Shown here: in pieces, positions 54,608 through 64,000 of the stretch
How positions within the stretch are numbered: position 1 is the first letter of the stretch
Layout: every line of letters begins with the position of its first letter
NCBI GenBank assembly: GCA_004431415.1
Contig: QPMI01000054.1
Location: 1-64,000 of the forward strand
Direction: 5' to 3'
From: Cyanophora paradoxa CCMP329
Taxonomy: Eukaryota; Plantae; Glaucophyta
DNA: 64,000 bases
Made by a program: the position numbers and the translations under genes
Notes under the pieces: generated by a model
What the model was told of the DNA's origin: nothing
Databases searched by the model: none
The model's input: only the letters and a program-made list of their open reading frames with translations

Positions 54608-57600
54608 TCAAGCCCTGCGGTGGGCGAGGGGTGGGGGCAGGACGGGGGCCCCCGCGGGGAGGGCGCGGGGCCCGGCGGGCAGGAGCGGGGCGGAGGTGTA
54701 GACGGGGCGGGCGGAGGCGGGGCGGGGGATGGGGCGGGGCGCCTGCTTCTCGGCGGATCCGGAGGGGAGGAGGCTGGCGCGGGAGGCGGCGCGGTAGAGG
54801 ATGCCGGCGACGTGGCGGGCGCGCAGGCCGCGCAGGGCCCGCCGCGCGAGGAGGCAGCGCACGAGCGCCTGCACCGCCGTCGCCGCCCGCGACTCCAGCC
54901 GCCTCTGCCGCGTCCGGCGGAGCGTGCGGAGGGCGGCGCGGGCGCGGGCCCACGCCCGCCAGCGGCGCCCGAGGGCGAGGGCGAGCGCCTCGGGGGCACG
55001 GGGTCGGGGTCGAGGGGGTACAGGGAGTGCTGGTCGCTGGAGAGGGGCGCACGGCGGAGGGCGCCGGAGGCGGGGGCCGAGGCGGCGCTCCAGGGGCGGG
55101 CGGGCGGGGCCGGGGCGGGGCCGGGCGCCGACGTCGGCCGCGCCAGCCACGCGACGTACTTGCCGCCCCCCGCGGCGGCCCCGGGGAGCCCGGCGGCCCC
55201 GGCGGCCCTCTCCTCCTAGAGGGGACCCGGGCTCAGCTTCAGGCGAGGGGGCGGGCGGGGGGCGGCTCACCGCTCGAACGCCAGCGCGAGGGGCGCGCCC
55301 GAGGCCGGGGCGCCCCAGTGGGACCGCTGCGGCGAAAGGCGTCAGAGGGGGGAAAGAGACGCGGGAAGGGGGGCGAAAGCGAGGACCTGGGGCAGCATGG
55401 CGGAGCTGGGCCGGAGGCGGGCGACGGCGGCCCCCGCGCCGGCGGCCACGCGCGCGGGGCGGAGCGGCGCCGGCGGCGACCACTCCGCCTCCGGCGACCC
55501 GTCCCCGTCCCCGTCCGCGTACCCCTCGCCCTCGGGGGGTGCCGCGCTCGAGTGGATGGCGAAGGGGAGGAGGGAGACGTCGACGGCGCCGCCCGGGCGA
55601 ACGGTCACCCGCAGCTTGTGCACCAGCGACGACTGCGCCAGCGGGCCCGCCAGCACGTCCTGCGCGCGGGTTCGGCTCCGCGCGGGGCCATATCGAAGAA
55701 GCGGCAGAGGAACGCTCACCAGCTCGACGGACGAGGATTCGTCCTCGAGGATGGACGCATCTGAGGGGCGAACGGTCAGCCGGGCAAGGCACCGGAGAGG
55801 CGGAGGCGGAGACGGGGCCGGCACGCACGGGACGTGGGATCGGATCCCAGCGGGAGCGGCAGGATGCGGATCGTGCGCTCGTCGACGACGCGCACGCGGC
55901 CGTACCCGTCGCCACCGGCTTCCGAGTACCCGTCCGCCCACTCCGAGGCGCGTTCGGTGCTGGCGGGGGTGGGGAGGGGGGCCCCGGGGCGGGCGAGGGC
56001 CGGCGAGTCGGCGCCGGAGCCGGCGGCCGGGGCCGGGGCGGGGCCCGGCGGGGGCCGGAAGACGGGCACGGGGCGGGGGGCGCGGGGCGCGGGGGCCGGC
56101 GCCGGGACGGCGAGGACAGGGGGCTTTGGGGCGAGGGGGCGCGGGCGGGCGGGCGGGGCGGAGGGCCGGGCCGGCGGTGGCTTGTGGACCGGGGCGGGCA
56201 CACGCGGCGGCGACTCCGGGACCGCGGCCGGGGCGACGACGGCTGCGGGCGCCGTTGCAGGAGCGCTGGCGGGGAGCGGCGCCGCGGCGTGGCCTGGGGC
56301 GCCGCGGGCGCCGGCGCCGGCGTCGCCTGCCTCTCCTCAGCCGCGGTCGCCGGCGCCGGTAACGCTGCCGGCGCCGCCACCGGGTGAGACTCCGCCGGAG
56401 TCGCCGGGGCCTCTGGCACCGCCGGGGCCGGCGCCGGCGCCGCCTGCGCGCCGGCCGCTGGCGTCGCCGGAGCCGGAGCCGGCGACGGCGGCGGCGGCGG
56501 GGCCGGCGGCGTGTGGGGAGCACCCTCCCCCTCCTCCTCCTCGGGCTCCTCCGCCAGCGGGGCCGGCAGCCGCGGGGGCGAGACCCCCGCCGCCACCTGC
56601 CGCGAGTGAGCGCTCGAGGCCAGACGAAGCGAACGGGACGGAGAGGGCACCTGCATGGCGGCCTCGGCGGAGGGGCCCCAGGAGGCAACGGAGGCGTCGG
56701 CCGAGGCCGGCGCGGCGGCCGGCGGCGCCACGGGCGACTCGGGCGCCTCGAAGGGCGCCGCGGGGGCCTCCCGCGGCGGCGTCGCCGGCTGCGCGGGCGC
56801 GGCGGGAGGCGGGGAGGTCGGGAGGGAAGCCGGCGGGGCGCGGGCGGGCGGGAGGGCGGGGAGGCGGGAGCGGGGGCGAGGCGGGCCCCGGGCGGCCCCG
56901 GGGCCTCGGGTTCGGCGGGGAGGGAGCGGCCGGAGGTGGAGCGCCGGAGGGCGGCGACGCGGCCGACGAGGCCGCCGAGCTCCCGCTCCGCCGCCGCCGC
57001 CGCCCGCTGCGCCAGCGACGCCCGCCGCTCCCCGCCCGCCGCCTCCCCGATGGCTGGGCGGCAGGCGGAGCCGCCGGCTGGGCCGCTTGCTGCGGGGCCG
57101 GCTTGGGGGCCGCTTGCTCTGCCGGCTGGGCGGCGGGGGGATCGGGGCCGGGCGGGGTCGGCGGGCGGGGCCGGGGCGGGGCCAGGATCGGGGAGGACCC
57201 GAGGAGGGGCGAGGGGTCGTCCTTGGGGTCAGGGCGGACGTCTCGGGGTCGCCGCCACCACCGCCACCTGCGGGGCCCGCCCGCCCCGCGGCGCCCGCCG
57301 CCGGCGCCGGCGCGGGGAGGGCGGGAACTTGGGGCGGCGCGAGGGCCCTCCGTCCTCGTCGGCGCGAGGTCGGGCGCCGGTGCGGGGGCGGTGCGGGGCG
57401 GGGTCCCTCGAAGGAGACGATGGAGATGACGGGGGACGGGGACGGGGAGCGGGCGGCCTGCGAGGGCTTCGCGATCGACAGCCCGACGCCGGAGCCTGCA
57501 CGCGCGGCCGGCGGGTTCAGGGTACAGCGAAGAAGCAAAGAGGGCGGGGCGGGATTCGAACCGTCGTCGCTGGCATCGTCGGGCAGGGGCGCGCGCCGGC

Positions 57601-60600
57601 GCTCGGGCGAACGACCGGGGCGGGCGGAGGGCGGGGCGGGGCCGGGGCGGGGTCCGGAGGGGCGCAATCGAGCTGCGGCGGCCGCGGTTCGCGCCGGCGA
57701 TGGCGGCGAGGAGGTTGGGGCCCGTCAGGTCCACCGGGCCCCGGGGCGAGGCGCCCGGCCGCGGAGAGGGGCGCGGCGAGAGGCGGCGCGCGCTCGCCGG
57801 CGGGTCGACGGGCAGAGCGGCTATGGAACCGCGGCGGCCGCGCGGGGCGGGCCCCGGAGCGGCGGGGCTGGCGGCGGGCTGCGCGGGGCTGGCGCCCTCC
57901 TCCAGGGGCGGAGTGAGGCGGCGCGGGGAGGTCTCCGGGGCGGCCAGGCCCTGGAGGGAGCCGCGGCGGCCCTCGGGCACGCTGGAGGCGGTGGAGCCGC
58001 GGCGGCCGGTCGAGGCGGAGCCGCGCCGTCCGGCGGGGGCCCCGGCGGCGGGGGAGTTGACGGCGAGGATGGCGGCGAGGAGGGCGGGCCCGGCGAGGTC
58101 GACGGGGCGGCCTGCTGCCTGAACGAGCCGCGGAGGGAGCTGTGCGCGAACGAGGAGCGCCGCGAGGCGTGCGCCGGGTCCGACGCCGTCGACGAGCGCC
58201 GCGACGGCACGAACGGCGTCGCCAGCGCCGCCCCGGGGCCGCCCCGGGGCCGGGGCGGGGTCGCCGGGGTGGCAGGGGCCGGGGAGCGGGAGCGGGCGCG
58301 GGCGGAGGGCAAGGGGCGTCGGCGGGGTGGAGGGAGGAGAGGCTGGCGGGGCGGCCGTCCCGCCGGCGCGGGCCGAGGGCAGCGAGCCGAGGCTGCGCGG
58401 CCGCTCGGGGTAGGCAGGCCGTCCCGGGGCGTGGTGGAGCCGGCGGCCGGCCAGAGCGCCGCCATGCGCCGGGCGGACGTCGAGCGGGAGCGGCGGCCGG
58501 GCGAGGCGGGGCCTGCCCCGCCTCCTCCGCCACGACCGCGGCCAGCCGGCTCGCGAGGCCCGCGCCGGCCCCGGCCCCGGCCCCGTGCACCGGCGAGCCG
58601 CTGCGTGAGCCGCGCCCTGGAACGAGCCCGAGCGCGCCAGCGCCGCCGCCGCCGCCGCCCTTCGCTTCGGCGGCGTGTTCGACGAGGCCGCCGCAGCCGC
58701 TGACGCGCCGGAGCCGCGGCGGTCGGCGGCGGCGGCGGCGGCGGCGGCTTCCGTGTCGTCCGCGCCGGCGCGCGACCCGCGCCGCTGCACCGCGGGCGTC
58801 AGTCGCTCGCGCGCGGGATCGGACGAGGATCGAGCAGCGAAGTCGCGCACCCCGCGGGAGTGCTCGGCGAGGAGCGAGAGGATGTCGGGCACCGGCTCGG
58901 GCCCGCGCGGGGCCGTGACGGAGGGCCGGCGCTGGCCCGAGACCGAGGGCGGCGGGCCCCGTGCTGCGGCTCTCCCGGCCCCGTCGGGGGCGACGTCGGG
59001 CCGAGGGGCGCCTGTCCCCCGGGCCGAGGGGCGCCCGGCGGCGTGCGCCTCCCGGCCTCCCGGGGGGGCGACGTGTGGATGGCGGGGCGGCGGGCCGGCC
59101 CCTCGCGGCCTTCCCTGGGCGGCGAGGCGGGGGCCGGGGCGGAGTCGCGGCGCTCCCGGCGGGCCGCCTCCTCGCGCCCCGCTTCGCTGCCCCGCCCGGC
59201 GGGGGCGGCCACCGGCTCCCGGAGGAGGGCCGCGAGGGGCTGCGCGGCGGACTGGGCCACCCCGGGCGGCGAGGCGAAGGCCGCGGGGGCCGTCGGGGGC
59301 GGGGCTGGGGCGGGAGCGGCGGCGGGAGCAGGGGCCGCGGGGCGGCCGGAGCGGGCGGGGGAGGGCGGGGCGGGGCGAGGCGGCGAGATCGGGGCCGATG
59401 GCGGCGGCGGGGCGGCGGGGGGCGCGGGGGGCGACTGTGGGGGCGACACGGGCGCGGCGGCGTGCACGTGCCCCGCCGGCCGCTCCGCGGCGGGGGCCGC
59501 AGCCATGGCCCGGTCCGCGTGGGCCCGCGCCCCGCCGGCACAGCCGCCGGCGGGAGCGCCTGCGCCGACATCGGCGGGGCGGCCCGCGCAGGCACGGGCG
59601 CCGGGGCGGGGCGCTCCTGCGGGGAGCGGGGCTCGCGGCGCGGCGCCGGCGCCGGGCGCATCTGCGGGGAGAGAGGCTGCGAGGGCGGCCGCCCGGCGTT
59701 CGCGGGGGCGCCCCGAAGGGCGAGCCAGGGGAATGGGCGAGCCCCAGCGGGGAGAGCGGTGGCGGCGAGGGGGGCCCTGGGCGGGGGGGAAGGGCGGCGA
59801 GGCCGGCACGGGGGCCAGCGCGGAGACGCTGTTGCGGCGGGGCAGGCGCTGCGGCTCCTCGGAGGGGCGGTAGTAGTGCGGGGCGGCCGGCGAGACGGCG
59901 CTCGAGCCGCTGACGCTCGAGCGGTGCGACGAGGGCCCGATCGAGGGCGACCGCTGCCCCGCGGGGCCCCGCTCGCCGCGGCGATGCCACTGCGCGCCCT
60001 GCCCGCCGGCGGAGGAGCTGGAGCGCTCCGTGTCCTGGTGGGCCGCCCCGCCCGCGCCCGGCCCGCTCCCCTTTCCGGAGCGGCTCCGCGGCCGGATTAT
60101 CGTCGGCTCCGCCGGCCCGTCGAACGAGCGGTGCCTGCCCGGGCCGCTTAAGAAATTTTAAAGGCTTAATTTTCAATCACTAAGCACCTCTTGAGCGCCT
60201 TCTGCTGCTTGGCGAGCCTCTCCTCCGCTTCGATCGCCTCGGCGGCGCTGCGCCGGGCTAGGCTCAGCCGGGTACCCGAGAGAATGGGAGGGGGGTACGG
60301 ACGTGGAGGGGATCCACTGCCCCGCGAGGCTGTGCCGGCGGGAGCGCATGGGGTACGGCTGCGGCGCGGAGGCGGGGGCGGGGGCGGCGCCCGAGGAGGA
60401 GGGGGCGGGGCTGGGGGAGGGGGCGGCCTGGGTCAGGGAGCGGGGCAGGGAGCCGCGCCTCTCGGAGGGCCCGAAGGAGAGGGCGGGGGAGGGCTGGGAG
60501 AGCGAGCGGGCCATCTCGGCCGGCATCGAGGCGCGGCGGCTCCCGGCGGCGAGGTGCGCGGCGGGGGACGGGGAGGGGCCCACGCGGGGCGCCAGCGCGG

Positions 60601-61360
60601 CGTAGCTCGCCGAGATGCACCCGAGGAGCCACTCGAGGGCCTCCTCGAGGACGCGCTCGCGCCTGCGGACGTTGATCGCGCAGACTCGGAGCGGGCGGCT
60701 CCCCACCTGCCGCGCCCCGCCCAGCGCCTCCACCAGCGCCTCCCCCTTCAGCGCCCCGTGCATGTCGTTCACCGTCCCCAGGCTGCCCCGGCGGCGGCGC
60801 CCGGCCCCGCGTCGGCGCGAGAGGGGCGGGGCGGGCCGTGGCGGGCTGCGAGTCGGCCGGGCGGGGCGCACATGAGCAGGGGGACGGTGGGGTCCACGGA
60901 GGCGGCGACGGCGGCGAGCGCGCCGCGGGCCTCGGCCCATGGCGTGCTCTCCGCGTTGCAGTCCGTCACGAACACGATGCCGAAGCTCTGCCGCCGCGGG
61001 CCGGCGTGAGGCCGGGGCGCGGAGGGAGGGCGGAGGGCGGGGCCGCGGCAGAAGAAGCGGCACCGAGCGGAGGAGCCCCTCGACGTGGGGCGGCGGCGGG
61101 CCCGCCAGGTCGACGCTCATGAACGCCGGCCCGCATCCGTGGGCGCGGTACCTGGCGCCGCCCCGTGAGCCGCCGGCGCACGGAACGGCGAGGTCGCAGG
61201 CGGATTCGGACCACTGCGTGTAGGCGGCCGCCGTGCGCCGCGCGTCGGCCCAAAGGATATTCAGGACCGGGACGAGCTGAGTCTTGCAGGGGCTGGGCGG
61301 GCCGCACAGCAGGACCCGCAGGTCTCCGGCCGGCCGAAGGTCCCCCGCCCGCACCAGCAT
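54608..61360 (-). CDS. Large low-complexity protein with an N-terminal degenerate Arf-like (Arl13-like) GTPase domain and a C-terminal IQ-like motif
   Basis: LRVLLCGPPSPCKTQL, SVDLAG, FGIVFVTD, VPLLILGTVNDMHGA, LEEALEWLLGCI at the N-terminus. AATAVQALVRCLLARR near the 3' end. Several indels; it could be two genes. Confidence 0.5.
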
Positions 61361-61627
61361 TTTGGCGCGCTCTGACTTGCCGCCAGGCTCGGCTCTCAGG
61401 GCCGGTCAGCGCGGACCACCATCTCGCGCGCTCCAAGTTGCTGCCGTCAGCTCGGCCGCATCTCGTACCAGCAGCAGGCCACTAGTTCAAGCGCAGCCGC
61501 GCAGCCGCGGCCCTCTGGCGTGGATGCGGGGAAGGCCGCAAGTTCTATTGCGGACCTATATGCTGGCGGGGTAGCGAGCTCCACTTCGTTCGCGACGCGC
61601 AAGTCTGGAAATTTCAACGACATGCAT

Positions 61628-63208
61628 ATGTTCGCCTGGGCGGCGTGCCCTGCCGCTCCTGTCACCTCTGGAGGTGTTCGGGGCGCGCCCGCTAGCGTGC
61701 GGCTGTCTCTGCTCCGACCCGGGTCCCGCCCGCGCTCACGGCTCCGCAGCGGTCGGCTCGGTGCACGTGCTTAAACCGGTCCCATCCCATCGGCACTCCG
61801 ACGGGAGCGCGCAGGTTGGCGCGCATCGCAGCCCCGGGCTCGTTGCTGAGCATCGCGCGTGCCGCAGGTCCCCGGCTGTCGCTGTTGCGATAAGAGCTGC
61901 GCCGGCAAGGAGGACGCGCTTTGAGGCGCATGTGGGGACTCTCGGAGGCCGGCGCGCATTGCCCGGCCGCGATGCCTGGGTCGCCCCGCTTCGAATGCGG
62001 CCGGCGGTCCGCCGGGCGCTCGGGCCGGCGATCTTCCCGACGCCCGCGCGGGCCGCGGCGGCGCGGAATGACGAGGACTACTACAAGATCCTCGGGCGCG
62101 CCCCGCCCTGGCGCCGCCGACGCTCCAGCCCCCGCCGGCTCACTGCGCCCCGCAGCGTCTCGCACGGCGCGTCGCTCAAGGAGATGAAGACGGCATTCCG
62201 CTCCGCCGCCAAGAAGGTCCCGCCATCCCGCCCCGCCAACCGAGCCGCCCGGGAGCTCAGGGCGGGGGCGGGCAGCTGCACCCGGACGTGAACCCGTCGC
62301 CCTCGGCGGCGGAGGAGTTCAAGCGCCTCCTCCGCGCCTACGAGACGCTCTCCGACCCAAAGGTCCGTCCGCTCACGCCCATGCCCCGATCCGCCGGGCG
62401 CTTACGCGGGGCCGGCCCGGGCGGCACCGCAGGCCCGCCTCGCGTGGGAGGCCCAGCGCTCCCGCGGCCCCTACTCCTCCTCATCCCGCTCCTCCTCCTC
62501 CTACGCCTCCTCCTCCTCGTCCTACAGCTACACGCCCCCGCCGCCCGTGCGCACGCGCCCCCTCGCACCTCTCCGGGATCCGCCCAGAATCGCTAATGGA
62601 TGCCGCCGCGCAGGGCTCGTTCGATTCCTTCTGGGAGGATTTCCTCGGCGGGCCCGAGCCCGCCGAGCCCCTCGGTACCCCCCCCCCCGCCCCGCCGCTG
62701 CAGCCGAGCCGCCTGTACCCCTCGCGTGAGATCCGCTCATCCCGCCGCCCGCCCTCCCCCTCCCCTCGCAGACGACGATTTCGGGCGCATCCTCAAGGGT
62801 CCGCCCCGCACGGCCGTCGCGTCCGATCCGGGGCTCTCCTAACCGCGTACCCCCGCAGACCTCTTCTCCCAGGTCGACTCGAAGGGGGCGGGGAGCATCC
62901 TGGAGGACTTCGTCTCGTTCTTCGAGAAGGTGATTGATGGTTGTTCGCGGGAGGGCCTGTCCCTTTTGGACTCCGTGTAGGCCGTCTTCAGTTCCAACGT
63001 CGAGTCTGACTCGCGACCGCCGCGCCGGCGGGGGCCGCAGGAGCTTCAGATCGACGAGGAGGGCGAGAAGCGGAGGCGGGAGGAGGAGGAGGCGCGGAGG
63101 CGCGCGCGGGCCGCCGCGCCGCCGCCGCCGCCGCCGCCGCCGCCCAAGAACACGGCGGCGGAGGTGGACGCCGAGCTGGCGGAGCTGAAGCGGAGGATGG
63201 GCAAGTAG
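61628..63208 (+). CDS. DnaJ (J-domain) co-chaperone, possibly organelle-targeted; start uncertain
   Basis: DYYKILG|VSHGASLKEMKTAFRSAAKK|LHPDVNPSPSAAEEFKRLLRAYETLSDP. C-terminus is EVDAELAELKRRMGK. Confidence 0.88.
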
Positions 63209-64000
63209 CGCCCCCGCGCCCGCCAGCCCAGCGGGGTAGCAAGAGTGTGCTTTTCAAAGCTTCGCGTGCCTAGCTACAGCCGCCCGGCCTGCCGCCTACC
63301 TTCAGGGACTGCCGCCTGAGGCGCGGCGCCGGCCGCGGCTGCGGTAGCCGGCGCCCGCCGCGCACACATGCGCAGGGTTGCGCAGGGTTGGATGAAGCGC
63401 TAGCGCTAGCATGCGCACGCTGCTTCGATTTCGTCCACCGAATCGACGCTAGCGCTTGATTTCAGCGCGAGGTGCACGTGCTGCATGACTCTGCTGAGCG
63501 GCCTGAGCAGCTCGAGCTCAGCCTCGAGCTCACGATCGGATCGGAGAACAATCGCGCTGGAGCCTGTGGTACCCCCGCCGGGCCGCGCGTGGTGACGTCG
63601 TCGGGAAAGCTGAAGGCCGGGCAACGTTTGGCGGGGCCGCAGGCCGCGGCTTCAGCCGGGCGCATCATCCCCGCGCATGTGCGGGCTGCAGCAGAGCCCT
63701 GGCAGAATGCGCTCCTGTCCTCCAGCAGCCTAGAGCTGGCAAACAAGAGGGGAGCAGGGGATCAACCGACCAACTTTGGGACCGGAGTAGTGCAGGCGTT
63801 GTCTCGACAAAGCTTCGAGCTTCTGAACGGCAGGCTCGTCTGCAGCTTAGACCTCAACGGCAGTGGCAGCTTAGAATCCCGACTCCCGAGCCTCCGAACT
63901 TGAGTCCGAAGGCCGAAGCTTGAGTCTGCGCGAGCGCAAGGAGAGCGTAGACCGAGGAGAGAAGAGCAGAAGCGCACTGCGTCTCGCGCGCGCGCGCGGG

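Noticed and set aside
54564-60176. Many overlapping 300-1,279-aa ORFs on both strands
   Set aside because: Very high GC suppresses stop codons. Only one minus-strand spliced gene is supported.
1-64000. tRNA or rRNA genes
   Set aside because: No cloverleaf or rRNA-conserved sequence was recognised by eye. A covariance-model scan would be needed to exclude them.

Overview
GC-rich eukaryotic nuclear DNA with many short (~40-90 nt) spliceosomal introns. The style fits a flagellated alga or protist, possibly a glaucophyte, but the host is inferred and unverified. The window has three zones. (1) About 1-16.8 kb is a compact, apparently endogenous DNA-virus segment that runs off the left edge. It carries an NCLDV-like (gp2.5/DUF2738-type) ssDNA-binding protein, a DUF5767-like gene end, a cluster of small membrane proteins, a ~1,550-aa SF3 (D5-like) helicase gene split by 8 host-style introns, a divergent orphan gene with 5 or more introns, a YqaJ/lambda-type exonuclease, a GNAT acetyltransferase hidden by frameshifts, a 90-bp inverted-repeat module rich in TGACGT sites, and twin 51-nt hairpins. 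No capsid, packaging ATPase or DNA polymerase is visible in this window. (2) About 17.0-29.8 kb holds a 5'-truncated non-LTR retrotransposon (APE-RT-RNase H-CCHC) bracketed by a 20-bp minisatellite and an identical 50-bp tail. (3) About 30.6-64 kb holds intron-rich host genes: a large IPT/PKD-REJ-like membrane protein, a CCCH+RING protein, SPCS1, a concentrative nucleoside transporter, an ankyrin protein, a C2orf81/DUF4639-like protein, a degenerate Arl-GTPase/IQ protein and a DnaJ. Most long ORFs in the supplied track are GC or shadow artefacts. Many real genes carry 1-nt indels in G/C runs, which may be long-read errors. All family assignments come from motif recognition by eye, with no database search.
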